IMG/VR virus record: IMGVR_UViG_3300031087_000527
Span: 1 to 64,000 of that record
Length of the DNA stretch: 64,000 bases
Strand: one strand, 5' to 3'
DNA from: a virus
Lineage: Duplodnaviria; Heunggongvirae; Uroviricota; Caudoviricetes
The translations under genes and the position numbers were made by a program. The notes beneath the pieces are model-generated. The model was not told the DNA's origin, ran no database searches, and worked only from the letters and a program-made list of their open reading frames with translations. Below, piece after piece: positions 10,283 to 20,768 of the stretch (the stretch's first letter is position 1; each line of letters opens with the position of its first letter).

Positions 10283-10597
10283 ATGAGTAAGATTGTATTA
10301 ACGCCAGAGCAGAAAGTAGCGCAGATTGAGCGTTGCACGCAGGTTATTGTTAAGTTGACTCTGGATGAGAGTGATGGTTCAATCACTCAGGAAGGCCGTT
10401 TAGATTTGGTAAATGCGAAGCTTGCGCTTGCGGTGTTGATGGCGACTCCTGCGGGATATGCGACTGAGCGTGCGGTAAGCTACGAGGTTCACAATAGCGG
10501 TTCTACGTGTTTTTATGGTGAGCGTCAGGCAGAAGATGATATTGTGCTGTATGCGTTGCCTGTGAGTATTCCAGTTGACGAAGAAGATGAAGAATAA
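10283..10597 (+). CDS. Eaa-like phage protein
   Basis: KLALAVLMATPAGY...LYALP resembles lambdoid Eaa motif. Confidence 0.55.
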   Translation: MSKIVLTPEQKVAQIERCTQVIVKLTLDESDGSITQEGRLDLVNAKLALAVLMATPAGYATERAVSYEVHNSGSTCFYGERQAEDDIVLYALPVSIPVDEEDEE

Positions 10598-10718
10598 AGT
10601 TTGAAAAAGAGCCTCCTAATGGGGGGTTTTTGTTTTAAAGTATTGGCATATCAGAAAGCGCTGTGTTATATTGTCTTTATCGAATCAAGATACTTCCTTT
10701 TCACAAGAGAGCTTAAAA

Positions 10719-11096
10719 ATGACAACGACTTCTGCTGTAAAATCCCAGGTTAAAGAGTGGTTTGTAGTGCGTATTGTTTCTGATTTGGATAAGCATGATT
10801 ATCTGAAAGACAAGAGTTTTATTGGTCATCGTTTTGCGGATTATGGTGCGATTTTATCTGATGTGATTCGTGAGATGGTGCTGAATCATGTAGCATCGGA
10901 TTCTCGTGGAACTGACGCTATTTGTCGCTTTGAGACAGAGGCCGAAGCTAAGGCGTTGTTGGTAAAAGTCATTGAAGATTTTTACAATAAAAACGGTGAA
11001 GAGCTTAGCGGTGATGAATTTGAGATTGTCCGCATGGTGATGACGGTGGAAGAGCAGGTTGTTTCCAAATATACGCGTGAAGAGATTGCCGCGTAA
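10719..11096 (+). CDS. hypothetical protein, paralog of 17399-17956
   Basis: GH(R/Q)F, RF....AE, FEI(V/I)R shared. Confidence 0.75.
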   Translation: MTTTSAVKSQVKEWFVVRIVSDLDKHDYLKDKSFIGHRFADYGAILSDVIREMVLNHVASDSRGTDAICRFETEAEAKALLVKVIEDFYNKNGEELSGDEFEIVRMVMTVEEQVVSKYTREEIAA

Positions 11097-11239
11097 AGCC
11101 TGAGCTAATCCTTAAGCTGTCAAATATCATAAAAGCCTCCTGACGGGGGCTTTTTAATAGGAATAATCATTAAAAATATCTTGCTTGCCGCTCAATGTTG
11201 TCATATAATGGTTTTATCAAACAGAGGAAGGTCTAAAAA

Positions 11240-11434
11240 ATGACTATGATCGTTAAGAAAGATGAGAAAACATTGCTGGAAGCATCGGTGGATTCTGAGA
11301 TGTTAAATGTTCAGTTTGAGCTGGAGCAGAGTGGTTATACTGAAGAAGGTTATGGGACGGACTATACCAGTTTTACGCTGTCTAAAGAGGAAGCGTTAGC
11401 GCTGGCGGCCTATATCACAAAGACGTTTTCTTAA
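11240..11434 (+). CDS. hypothetical protein
   Basis: RBS after promoter. Confidence 0.7.
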   Translation: MTMIVKKDEKTLLEASVDSEMLNVQFELEQSGYTEEGYGTDYTSFTLSKEEALALAAYITKTFS

Positions 11435-11562
11435 TCCTGTCATGATTTTATAGCCTATTAAAAAGAAGCCACCTTCGGGTGGTTTTTTTATTGGGGAAAT
11501 AGCTTGGCTTGGACTGGCTATTGTCTTATAATACTCCGACTAAAACGAATGAGGTAAAGATT

Positions 11563-11745
11563 ATGTCTAAGGTTGCGGTTATTGATTACACGTCAGACGG
11601 TCATGTTTATCAGGTTGAAGTTGGCGCAGAGAAGACGGTAAAGCAGAGCTACAGTGAGGCTTATGCCTATGCTAAGGCGTTGTTTGTGTCTGGCGAGGTT
11701 GAGCGAGTCGATAACAAGATTTTTGAAGAGCATTCGTTAGCTTAA
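11563..11745 (+). CDS. hypothetical protein
   Basis: RBS GAGGT. Confidence 0.7.
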   Translation: MSKVAVIDYTSDGHVYQVEVGAEKTVKQSYSEAYAYAKALFVSGEVERVDNKIFEEHSLA

Positions 11746-11789
11746 TAGAAAAGAGGCCGCCTGCGGGTGGCCTCTTTCTTGGAGGATTT

Positions 11790-11945
11790 ATGAGCGGTGC
11801 CGAGAATACTGTGATGTTTTGCGTGTTTAGTTTATTTGTCGTATATGTGATTATTAACGTTGCAATAGAGATTAAATATCAGATAGAGGTAAGCTCTGAG
11901 TTGAATGTTAAAAAGAGAGACTATCGTAATCTTGATGTTTTTTAA
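11790..11945 (+). CDS. 51-aa single-TM small protein (not in ORF track)
   Basis: RBS GGAGGA; hydrophobic N-terminus. Confidence 0.55.
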   Translation: MSGAENTVMFCVFSLFVVYVIINVAIEIKYQIEVSSELNVKKRDYRNLDVF

Positions 11946-11975
11946 GAGAGAGCTTTTTCAAAAGAGGTTATTAAG

Positions 11976-12377
11976 ATGGCAGAGCAGACATTTGTATTAG
12001 AAGAAGGTTTCACTGCAGATTTGTGCATGAGGGTGCAAAAGTGCTTCAGTGAGCCGGGTGATATCCGTGTGATGATTCCGGTAGGATTTGGTGAATATTT
12101 ATCGGTGAGTCGAACGATTAAGCATTCGAGTATTTATCCGGGGCTTGAGTTGTATAAGCTGGAGTATTATGAAGATCACGGTGATTATGACGGTGAGAAG
12201 GTGTATAAGCCGCATGGCCTTGAGTATTTCTCTATTGGGGATGAGGCAAATCTGTATAAAGCGGTGCTGAAGCGTTTGGTGGATGTTTCACCTCAGAAGC
12301 CGAGCGGATTGGGCTTTGATAAAATGGACTGCGTGGCTGCATATCATCATGTAATTAATCTGAAAGACAAAGAATAA
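11976..12377 (+). CDS. hypothetical protein
   Basis: RBS GAGGT. Confidence 0.75.
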   Translation: MAEQTFVLEEGFTADLCMRVQKCFSEPGDIRVMIPVGFGEYLSVSRTIKHSSIYPGLELYKLEYYEDHGDYDGEKVYKPHGLEYFSIGDEANLYKAVLKRLVDVSPQKPSGLGFDKMDCVAAYHHVINLKDKE

Positions 12378-12444
12378 TGGTGATACCTGTTATTTTTATG
12401 TTATTCTGTTATGCTGATAAAACACGAATATAAAGGAGAAAATA

Positions 12445-12906
12445 ATGAAAGATAAAATGTTTTGGAGAAGCTCGCTGATTTTTTGTGGTGTGGCACTGGT
12501 CTTAGGGTTGTTGAGTGCGTATTACCATGATGTGGTGGTTTATTATCGTGATTACTGTGTATTGGGTGTGATTACTACTCTCCTGGCATTTGAGCTGGGG
12601 CGTCGTCAGAAACGCTGTAAGGCCTATTACGAGACAGAAGAATACAAGGATATGTATGCTCGGTTTAAACCTGATGATGTGAAGTTCGTGGGTTTGCTGA
12701 TGCCGCATAAGGTGAGCGTGGTGTGGGCATGGTTAAACCGTATTTCAGCAATATTAGGATTGTTTGGTGTGTTGTATTATCCGGGCTTCCTGGCAGTCTA
12801 TTTGCTGTGGCTGAGTGTGGTATTAAATGGATATGCTATTTATCATTTATGCACTACTCCGAAGGTGAAGGCTGTGAAAACGGTAGAAGTTGAAAAACCA
12901 GAGTAA
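12445..12906 (+). CDS. membrane protein
   Basis: ~4 hydrophobic segments, RBS AGGAG. Confidence 0.75.
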   Translation: MKDKMFWRSSLIFCGVALVLGLLSAYYHDVVVYYRDYCVLGVITTLLAFELGRRQKRCKAYYETEEYKDMYARFKPDDVKFVGLLMPHKVSVVWAWLNRISAILGLFGVLYYPGFLAVYLLWLSVVLNGYAIYHLCTTPKVKAVKTVEVEKPE

Positions 12907-13060
12907 GTTAAGTAAAAAGGCCTCTTCGGAGGTCTTTTTTACATCCAAAATAAAAAATAAGTCATTGATTTTAAATATATTAAATATTTAAAGTTTGATA
13001 GATTTTGATTGAGAAGAATATGTTTTTTTGCTATAATGGTGTTCTTAAAAACGAGAGGGC

Positions 13061-13294
13061 GTGAAAATGACTGCTGAGAAAAAAGTGATGAGTTTGGAAG
13101 AGTTACGTAAGCTGTCTGGTAATGATTTGGCTGAGCAGATGTGGCCTTTCCGTCATGATTTTAAGGACTCTTTGGATGATGATGAAGAGCCGGAAGAGCA
13201 ATGGTCTTGTTTGGTTAATCTTGTTGAGGAAGGTGATGTGAAGTTAGATGATCTTCCTGGCTATGGCTTTACGTATTTACACGACAATCAGTAA
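13061..13294 (+). CDS. acidic hypothetical protein
   Basis: D/E-rich ORF after promoter. Confidence 0.7.
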   Translation: MKMTAEKKVMSLEELRKLSGNDLAEQMWPFRHDFKDSLDDDEEPEEQWSCLVNLVEEGDVKLDDLPGYGFTYLHDNQ

Positions 13295-13302
13295 GGTGTG
13301 CT

Positions 13303-13542
13303 GTGTCTGAGGATTACGATAAGGCTAAAGCGTTGGGGTTAACGGATAAGGATCGGTGGGGAGAGAGAGTGCCTCATCATCCGATGTCCGAGCGGTTGAT
13401 GAAATTTCTGAAGGCTCATGATAGGGAACATTATGGGCGCGTCTTTGACTGGCGCACGGGCGGTGATGGAGACGATGGAGAGACGCTGATGTATCAGATG
13501 GATGCGTTTTTTGAGATGATGAGCCAGGAAAATAAAGAATAA
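13303..13542 (+). CDS. conserved phage hypothetical (GGDGD.GE.LMY)
   Basis: HHPMS..LM, FDWRTGGDGDDGETLMY motif. Confidence 0.7.
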   Translation: MSEDYDKAKALGLTDKDRWGERVPHHPMSERLMKFLKAHDREHYGRVFDWRTGGDGDDGETLMYQMDAFFEMMSQENKE

Positions 13543-13625
13543 TAATGTTGTCATTTGATAAAGGCTTGTGCTATAGTATTGTTATTGAGAGATAGGCGTG
13601 TTGACTATTTTAACTGGAGAGAACA

Positions 13626-14159
13626 ATGACTGTATCGATTACTGCTCGTAAAACTGCGTTGATGCCTGCTGGCACGTATTATGTTGGTGATCTGTGTTAT
13701 TTGCTGACAGAGAAAACCGATCAGGTTTATGATGATCTGGTGTCAGGTTTTGACAATGACAGTAAGGCTGTGGATATTAAGGCGGGTCGTCGTAAGGTGT
13801 TTTCTGCGTTTTATGCGAGCACCTCGTATGGTGATGGTCAGTATTCTGATAATATTGGCAACAAATACAGCGTAGACGCAGGTATTCTTGGCGTGGTTCA
13901 ACTGCTGTCGGCAGATTTGATTACTCAGGCTAAAAAGCTTGATGCGGATGGTCATGCTAAGGCGATTCTCTTCCCTGAAGATTTTCGCGTTGACCGTGAT
14001 GAAGATGGCACGTTTACTTTTGGTCATCTGACCATTGTTACTGACGGCTCTGATCAGGAAGAAGATGATGATGATAGTTGGGATGATGACCGTTGGGATG
14101 AGGAAGACGAAGATGAGCTAGAGGATAACGATGATCCTTATGCGATTCGTGAAGACTAA
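13626..14159 (+). CDS. YYVGDLCY-family protein with acidic tail
   Basis: Paralog of 8235; ~35-aa D/E tail. Confidence 0.8.
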   Translation: MTVSITARKTALMPAGTYYVGDLCYLLTEKTDQVYDDLVSGFDNDSKAVDIKAGRRKVFSAFYASTSYGDGQYSDNIGNKYSVDAGILGVVQLLSADLITQAKKLDADGHAKAILFPEDFRVDRDEDGTFTFGHLTIVTDGSDQEEDDDDSWDDDRWDEEDEDELEDNDDPYAIRED

Positions 14160-14251
14160 ACAACAATAAGCCGCCTCCGGGCGGTTTAATATTTTATAAT
14201 GCTTGCATTAAGAAGTGGTAATGGGTATAATATTGTCATTAAACTGATGAG

Positions 14252-14488
14252 GTGAAAAACATGACAGCTACAGCTCAGACTTTTAAAATAAACGTGCGTA
14301 ATAAGAAAAGCAAAAATTCGAAGACTGAAGAAATTGAGTTACAAGTAGGTCAGGTTGTTCGTTATGCTTTTTATTCAAACGTAACGTTTGAAGGATTCGA
14401 TGAGAAAGGTCATGCTATTTTGAAAGACAAGAGCGGGAATATTAAACTTGTTTACCGCAATTTATTTGAACAATATGTAGAAGTATAA
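14252..14488 (+). CDS. hypothetical protein
   Basis: ORF between promoter and terminator. Confidence 0.7.
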   Translation: MKNMTATAQTFKINVRNKKSKNSKTEEIELQVGQVVRYAFYSNVTFEGFDEKGHAILKDKSGNIKLVYRNLFEQYVEV

Positions 14489-14682
14489 GATTAGAAGAGC
14501 TGCCTCCGGGCGGCTTTTTTGTTGGAAAATAGATCAGTTCAAAGATAAAGAAGGATGTAGAACGTTTTTAAGAGAGTCTTTTCATTAAAGATTTCTCTTG
14601 ATGTGTTGTCGTATTGTTGATATACTTGTTTTTACTGAGAGCTTGCTGTGCGGGCTATGATTTAACTAAAAGAGAAAAAACA

Positions 14683-15285
14683 ATGTCAAAAGTTTCTGTA
14701 GATTCATCGAAGGTAGCGGTTCTGTCTTTGGCGGCATCGCTGGTAGGTCATGAGCGTTTTATGCTGCATTCTCAGGCGGTATTTGAGAGTGAGTTTGTGT
14801 CTGTGGGTGAGAACGATATTGAAAAGAAGAAGGTGACACAGAAGTTCACTAAGCGTCTAAATGCGATGGCGAAGGATATGGATAATCTGCATAATGCGAA
14901 GTCTGCCCTGATGGGTGTATTGAAAGATTTCGGCTGTGCGTATGTGATCGTGCGCAACGATGTGGGTTATGTGTATTTGGCTAAGCTGTATGCGGCGCTG
15001 GATTATGCGCTGAAGGAATACGCAAAAGTGGTTAAGGCTCAGAAGAACAATCCTGAGTTGTTAGAGCTGCTGACTCCTTATGGTTTTGTGCTGGAAGCGA
15101 ACGCCTTTGAGATGATGCAGCAGGATTTCGCTTATCTAGAAGGTGTGATGAAAGAGCGTCAGGCTGAGAGTAAGGCGGCCTATCCTGATTTTGAGCCACG
15201 ATCTGTGGTGAGTAATAAGCCTGATTGGGATGAAGTGAAGGCGGCGTATAAGAAACGACTGTCTGAGCTTAAAGAGAAGAAGTAA
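14683..15285 (+). CDS. hypothetical protein
   Basis: ORF between promoter and terminator. Confidence 0.8.
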   Translation: MSKVSVDSSKVAVLSLAASLVGHERFMLHSQAVFESEFVSVGENDIEKKKVTQKFTKRLNAMAKDMDNLHNAKSALMGVLKDFGCAYVIVRNDVGYVYLAKLYAALDYALKEYAKVVKAQKNNPELLELLTPYGFVLEANAFEMMQQDFAYLEGVMKERQAESKAAYPDFEPRSVVSNKPDWDEVKAAYKKRLSELKEKK

Positions 15286-15436
15286 AAAGAAGCGGCCTTC
15301 GGGCTGCTTTTTTGTTTTATTCAGTGAATAATAAAAGACCAAAATAAGTTGTCATTAAGATTGGTTGGAGATATACTCTTTTCATTAAGTAAAGAAAAAT
15401 AAGATTAAATCATTTCTTGATAGAGAGGTAAGCATA

Positions 15437-15631
15437 ATGTATAGCACATCTAAAAAAGATCGTAATGGCGTGAGTCATGATGGATGGGCGGATGTAGGAA
15501 AGGCAAACCGTGGTGGATTTAATAAGGACGCTGATTATCAGAGAAAAGTGAGAGAAGTCGAGGAGAAAAAGCGTTCTGATTATGAGCGCAGAAATGAATC
15601 ATGGTGGGATAATGACGAAGACATTTTCTAA
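15437..15631 (+). CDS. hypothetical protein
   Basis: RBS GAGGT. Confidence 0.7.
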   Translation: MYSTSKKDRNGVSHDGWADVGKANRGGFNKDADYQRKVREVEEKKRSDYERRNESWWDNDEDIF

Positions 15632-15649
15632 AAGGTTTAAAGAAGAGGC

Positions 15650-15678
15650 TTGTTATTATTGTCATTAAAAGTTATACT
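15650..15678 (+). promoter_or_regulatory. sigma70 promoter with TTGTCAT box (Nudix gene)
   Basis: TTGTTA-17bp(ttaTTGTCATtaaaagt)-TATACT. Confidence 0.75.
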
Positions 15679-15731
15679 GATGTTCGTATAAATTATAGTT
15701 GGATAAAAGACTAACCTATTTGGAGTATTTC

Positions 15732-16328
15732 ATGATTAAGCCGATCACTTTGGGGAGCAATCCTGAAAATATGGCGCAAGCAGTGTTTGTGGCTTTGGTG
15801 TCAGAAAGTAAGGTGTGGAAGGATTATGAAGGTATTCCTGCTGAAGCGCGGGAAACTGTGGTGCCATTGGTGCTGATGCTGCAGCGTTGGGATGGCGTGA
15901 AGGGTTTTGTGGGTGGTGAAGTTGAGGCGGGGGAGACGCTGAAGGAAGCTGTAAGTCGTGAATGTCTGGAAGAGATTGGTCTGACGTTAACTGAGGCTGA
16001 AATCGCTGCTGCGCGTTTGGTGTCTTCTCACCAGACTAAGAGCCGGGTAACACATTTAATGACGGTAGAGGTTTCTGCAGGGCGTATGGTTGAGGCTGTG
16101 AAGGGTGCTGCAGATGCTGAGCATTTTATGAGTGAAACTGTGGCGGTAATGCCAGTTCAGTTCATTAACTATCCTCATAAGAAAGCTTTTGATAACTTTA
16201 TTCAGAATAACTTTGCCTCGACAGTGAAGGAAGAGATTGCGGATCTGATTAATGCATTGGGTTGGTCGGAAAAATATGGTTTACCTGTAGATTTTGTTCC
16301 GGTGGGAATGACACAGAAAGGTCTTTAA
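15732..16328 (+). CDS. Nudix hydrolase, NUDT16 (U8 snoRNA decapping)-like
   Basis: Nudix box GGEVEAGETLKEAVSRECLEEIG preceded by LMLQRWDGVKGF (cf. NUDT16 LMQMRFDGRLGFPGG). Confidence 0.85.
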   Translation: MIKPITLGSNPENMAQAVFVALVSESKVWKDYEGIPAEARETVVPLVLMLQRWDGVKGFVGGEVEAGETLKEAVSRECLEEIGLTLTEAEIAAARLVSSHQTKSRVTHLMTVEVSAGRMVEAVKGAADAEHFMSETVAVMPVQFINYPHKKAFDNFIQNNFASTVKEEIADLINALGWSEKYGLPVDFVPVGMTQKGL

Positions 16329-16426
16329 GAGAGCCGCCTCCGGGCGGTTTTTTTATAGTCTAAAAGGTTTGATGTGGTTGTCGTAAGCGTGATATAATGA
16401 GGTATTAACAATAATAAGGATAAAAG

Positions 16427-17275
16427 ATGAGCCACTTTCAAACCAGAGCAAATCCGATTCAGAACATGGTGCGTGATAAAATGCTGCAGGGATATTTCGA
16501 TGAAGCTGAAAAGACTTTATCGGAGTGTCTTGTGGGTATTAATGAACATCAGGTAGGTCTGGTGTTAAATGGTGATGCTGAACTTGTTGATGTGGAAGGT
16601 GGTATAGATATTTTTGAGCTGGAAGATCTTGAATACAAGAAGATTTTGGCTAAAGTAAGAGTCAGCTTGGCTGTACCGGAAAATGCGCGAAAGTTAGAGA
16701 GTGAGCGTTTAAAGAAGGCTGGTCAGAAAAATCATGAAGAGTTTTGCTATCACTATCTGGAAGATGGAAGGGTGAGTTTTCCTAAAAATCTGATGGGCCG
16801 GATTATCAGTGAAGGCTTGGCTGAGGATATTGAAAAGCTGGATATGTTGATTAACCCGTATGAGTCGAATGAGGAAAAGACAGCCTTATTGATTTCTGAG
16901 ATAAAGGCGTTTGGCTATCAGATTGAGGATATCAAGCTTTTTAAGGAAAACCCGACATTTGGGCGGCTAACGGGGAAGGTAAAGACTTTAGAGGATCGTG
17001 CGAGTTTAAAGGATACGGATATTTTATTCCTTGATCTGGAAGACCGTGAGAGCCTGATAAAATACTTTTCACTTTTTGAGAAGGTGGGTGCTGTGGTTGG
17101 TTATGCCTCGATGACATCTTTGTTGGCGCACCATGATATTTTTCACAAATCGAAAGAGAGTTATATGCAGATTCCACTGTTGTTGATTAACAGGAGTGAT
17201 GGGAAAACATTTCGAGATTATCGAGGAGAGACGCTGACACTTGATTTCAAGAGGGGTAGGATCTCAAAGAAATAA
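16427..17275 (+). CDS. hypothetical protein
   Basis: 282-aa ORF in own promoter-terminator module. Confidence 0.8.
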   Translation: MSHFQTRANPIQNMVRDKMLQGYFDEAEKTLSECLVGINEHQVGLVLNGDAELVDVEGGIDIFELEDLEYKKILAKVRVSLAVPENARKLESERLKKAGQKNHEEFCYHYLEDGRVSFPKNLMGRIISEGLAEDIEKLDMLINPYESNEEKTALLISEIKAFGYQIEDIKLFKENPTFGRLTGKVKTLEDRASLKDTDILFLDLEDRESLIKYFSLFEKVGAVVGYASMTSLLAHHDIFHKSKESYMQIPLLLINRSDGKTFRDYRGETLTLDFKRGRISKK

Positions 17276-17398
17276 AACGTAATCGCCTGCGGGCGGTTTT
17301 CGTTTGCGCTAAGAAAAAGCTTGAATGTGTTGTCATAATAGTGTATAGTTTTTTCATTGAGTTGAGGCATTATATTGATATCTTACTGGAGTAGTGAA

Positions 17399-17956
17399 AT
17401 GACTAAGAATGCAATTGAAATAAGCGATACTAAAGTATTTTTTGTAGTGGGTTTGAATAAAAAGCCTGATATTTTTTTAAAGGAGGAAGAGTGGGTCGGC
17501 CATCAGTTTGGCAGGGGATATTTTGATGAAGATAATGGCCTTTGGGATCTGGTTGAACGAGCGATTAGCGATTATGAGAATGAGCATGGCGTTCTGCGTT
17601 TTAAATCAGTTGTTGAAGCAGAGAAAGCGTTGTATGACCTTCTGAGTCGTCTTGATTTGAATGGTCAAGGCTCATTTGATAAAGATGTCTTTGAGATTAT
17701 CCGCGTTGAAGTCGTGATGACACATAAAGTGGAAAAATCCTTTGATGGCGTTAAGGCTGTTTTGAGTCTTGCTGATGATTACGCAAGTAACATGCGTAAG
17801 TTTGAAGATTTCTTCGTTGGCACACCGTTGGGATATAAGCTAAATGCGACAAAGGCGGACATGGAAAATGCGCGTAAGAAAGACTTTGAAGGTTATGAGA
17901 TTGAAAGCTATGATAAACATTATCAGAGCTGGTTAGAGCTTAACGACGAAGCTTAA
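17399..17956 (+). CDS. hypothetical protein, paralog of 10719-11096
   Basis: Shared motifs; RBS GGAG. Confidence 0.75.
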   Translation: MTKNAIEISDTKVFFVVGLNKKPDIFLKEEEWVGHQFGRGYFDEDNGLWDLVERAISDYENEHGVLRFKSVVEAEKALYDLLSRLDLNGQGSFDKDVFEIIRVEVVMTHKVEKSFDGVKAVLSLADDYASNMRKFEDFFVGTPLGYKLNATKADMENARKKDFEGYEIESYDKHYQSWLELNDEA

Positions 17957-18050
17957 AAAACAAGCCGCCTTCGGGCGGTTTTTTCATATAAAGGTTGTGA
18001 CAATAAAGGCGTTCTGCTATAATCAATGGTATTGAAAACAGGAGAACGCG

Positions 18051-18404
18051 ATGAAAGAGCTTGATATTTTCACTATGGACTACCTCTTTGAGAATGGTTT
18101 TAACGAAGATGGTGGTAAAGTGGTAGAAACGTCAGTTATTGTTGTTGCTGAGGATGTTGAAGGTCGTCGTTTTGCTCTGAACGATTCGGATTTAACAACG
18201 GTAATGATGAGCCTGGAAGAGATTTGGGAGATTCAGAAAAAGCGTATTGATAGGATAACGACGCATCTGGATAACGGTGGGGCATTGAGTTTGACACACT
18301 GGAACGAGATTGATCCTGCGTATGGCTCAGAGGCTTATCAGAAGCTTGACCGGACAGGTTATTTCAAAGAGCTTGAAATCAGAGCTGAAAACGAATCTTT
18401 TTAA
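18051..18404 (+). CDS. conserved hypothetical (W.E.DPAYGS.AY)
   Basis: RBS AGGAG. Confidence 0.8.
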   Translation: MKELDIFTMDYLFENGFNEDGGKVVETSVIVVAEDVEGRRFALNDSDLTTVMMSLEEIWEIQKKRIDRITTHLDNGGALSLTHWNEIDPAYGSEAYQKLDRTGYFKELEIRAENESF

Positions 18405-18457
18405 CGAAACATCTGATGCCTCATATTCATGGGGCAGCTTAAATTAAGGCTTGAAAA

Positions 18458-18811
18458 ATGAAAAACAAAGTTATGCTGTTCTCAAGTAATGGTCTGATGT
18501 TAAAAGAGATTTCCCATGATAATATTGATGTTATCAATAGCAGGAATATAAAGATCGGTGATAAAGGTGAGATTAGCTGCTGTCATAATATTTCATTCAT
18601 AAAAAAAGATCGTAAGCCATTAAATAAGGAAGATCTTCAATATCTGGAAGTTTACGCATATAGCACATTAGTTTTCAAAGGATATGGTATTTATTGTAGC
18701 AGTAGGCATAGTGCGCCTTATATCTTTGCAGAGATTGAGGGAGAATTATTTAAGATTGATATTCAAGGAAGTCTTGAGGAGCACTTAACCGTTCTGAAGG
18801 ACTGCGAATAA
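18458..18811 (+). CDS. hypothetical protein
   Basis: 117-aa ORF. Confidence 0.65.
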   Translation: MKNKVMLFSSNGLMLKEISHDNIDVINSRNIKIGDKGEISCCHNISFIKKDRKPLNKEDLQYLEVYAYSTLVFKGYGIYCSSRHSAPYIFAEIEGELFKIDIQGSLEEHLTVLKDCE

Positions 18812-18945
18812 AGACAAGAAAGGCTCTCGCTTTGTATTTTAAAGGAGAGCTTTTTTCATTTAAGTTGAGTTTAAAAAGGCTTGCTTTTATTGTCATAAAA
18901 ATCTATACTGTCTGTATTGAAACTGAGAATGCTGAGGAAGTGGTT

Positions 18946-19389
18946 ATGATGAGTCCTTTGTTTTTTGTGCTGAAAAATACGCAGATTCACTCTTATTTTC
19001 CAGATAGCGACACTATCACTTTATCTTCCGAGAAGGTAAAGGTGTCGGAAGAAAAGATTGAGATTGATTCAGGCATTTATCCGGTGTTTGGCTCAGTAGA
19101 GGCGGCTATGGAGAGTATTGCTGAACATCTTAAGGGCAAGTATGTCTTTGTTGATGATAATGGTGTGATTCATAACGTAGATAAAGAAGGTCGTTCAAGC
19201 ACCTATCTACCAGAATCGGGCAGAATGAAAATCCGCTTTGAGGATGTAGTTGATGCGGGATTCCCCGGTTATAAATCGGTGAGCTTTGTTGATCCAGAAG
19301 GGATTATCGAAGACCAGGGCGACCATGTTGCTTGGGAGCCGGAAGAGTTGGCTGGTCAGCTTGATTGGGCATATAGCGAACGAGATTAA
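18946..19389 (+). CDS. hypothetical protein
   Basis: RBS GAGG after promoter. Confidence 0.75.
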   Translation: MMSPLFFVLKNTQIHSYFPDSDTITLSSEKVKVSEEKIEIDSGIYPVFGSVEAAMESIAEHLKGKYVFVDDNGVIHNVDKEGRSSTYLPESGRMKIRFEDVVDAGFPGYKSVSFVDPEGIIEDQGDHVAWEPEELAGQLDWAYSERD

Positions 19390-19492
19390 TAAAAAGAAGC
19401 CGCCTCCGGGCGGTTTTTTATTGTTGAAGAATATTGTACTGCATGCTGAAAAAAACTATAATAAAAAAACTTATATTAATGAGGTATCAGTT

Positions 19493-20071
19493 ATGCATTA
19501 TTTGCTATCACCATCAGGTTGCAATTCATTTCAACATGATTTTTCCGCCTGTGATCTTCTTTTTGCTGTTAAAGACGTAGAAGATTTCAAGAAGCGTTTA
19601 TTTTACGCGATGGACGATTATGTTGATAAACTTAATAAAAATCAACATGATTGTTCTGGGTTTGTTTTTGAGGGTAAGGAATTTCCTGAGAAGAGTTTTT
19701 TCTTTTACGACAAATTTAATGATTTGTGGTCATGCTATAAGCCAATATTAGTTGAGTTGGTGTCGAAAGATGATTTGGAGTGCTTCGTAGTAGAGGCTTC
19801 TATAGGGACGCGACGTTCTTATTTACCGCCTGGTTACAGAATAGTGTGGGGTGAGAACAAAGCGGTAGTTGAGGCTGAACTGCAGAAAGCTTATGAGCTA
19901 TTAAGCGCAGATAGGAAAATTCCTTTTTATTCAATGCTAGGGGCGTATTTTAAAGCAGATGAGATAGTTGGGTATGAGTTTAATTCAGGGAATGAGCCTA
20001 AGCTAAAACCTTTTAATGCTTTAGGAAGAGTGTTTTCATTAGAGGAATTTTTCTCAAAAGAAGCTGAATGA
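19493..20071 (+). CDS. hypothetical protein, tandem paralog of 20167-20742
   Basis: MHYLL...DVEDFK.RLF.AMDDYV shared. Confidence 0.8.
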   Translation: MHYLLSPSGCNSFQHDFSACDLLFAVKDVEDFKKRLFYAMDDYVDKLNKNQHDCSGFVFEGKEFPEKSFFFYDKFNDLWSCYKPILVELVSKDDLECFVVEASIGTRRSYLPPGYRIVWGENKAVVEAELQKAYELLSADRKIPFYSMLGAYFKADEIVGYEFNSGNEPKLKPFNALGRVFSLEEFFSKEAE

Positions 20072-20166
20072 TAAGCCGCCTCCGGGCGGTTTTTGTTTTA
20101 ATAAACTGTTGTAATCTACGTTGAAAAACCATATAATGACAACAGTTTATTAATGAGGTAGAAACC

Positions 20167-20742
20167 ATGCATTATTTACTGTTGCCATTTATGGTAGGTT
20201 CGATTTATGAAGGCTCTTCAACTGAGTATCTTCGTTTCATTGCTCAAGACGTTGAGGATTTCAAGACGCGCTTATTTTGTGCGATGGATGATTACGTTCA
20301 GGATCTCAATCAGAAGCGGTGTGGTTATTCGCAGTTTAGCTTTGAGGGTCAGGAATTTCCTGAGCAAGGCTTTTTCTTTTATGACATCATTGATGATTTA
20401 TGGTCGTGTCATGAGCCTGAGTTGATTGAGCTTGCCTCAAAGGAATCTCTGGATTGTTTTATTGTAGAGACAACCATAGGTGATGGATGCTCTTATTCGT
20501 TCCCATGTTATAAGATGGTTTGGGCTGAGAGCAAAGCTGTGGTAGAGGCTGAGCTGGAGAAAGCTTATGCTGCTTTCCGATCAGATAAAAGGTTGCGTTC
20601 TTATTCAGTGCTGGGAACGGATTTTGAGGCTGATGAGATGGTAGGCTCTGATTATCAAGAAGGTAGTCTAACTAAGTATTATAATACTGTAGAGTCAGTA
20701 TCATCATTAGAAGATTTTTTCTCAAAAAAAGCTACTCTATAG
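20167..20742 (+). CDS. hypothetical protein, tandem paralog of 19493-20071
   Basis: High similarity throughout. Confidence 0.8.
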   Translation: MHYLLLPFMVGSIYEGSSTEYLRFIAQDVEDFKTRLFCAMDDYVQDLNQKRCGYSQFSFEGQEFPEQGFFFYDIIDDLWSCHEPELIELASKESLDCFIVETTIGDGCSYSFPCYKMVWAESKAVVEAELEKAYAAFRSDKRLRSYSVLGTDFEADEMVGSDYQEGSLTKYYNTVESVSSLEDFFSKKATL

Positions 20743-20768
20743 ACCGCCCCAAAAAAGCTGTTGATTAA

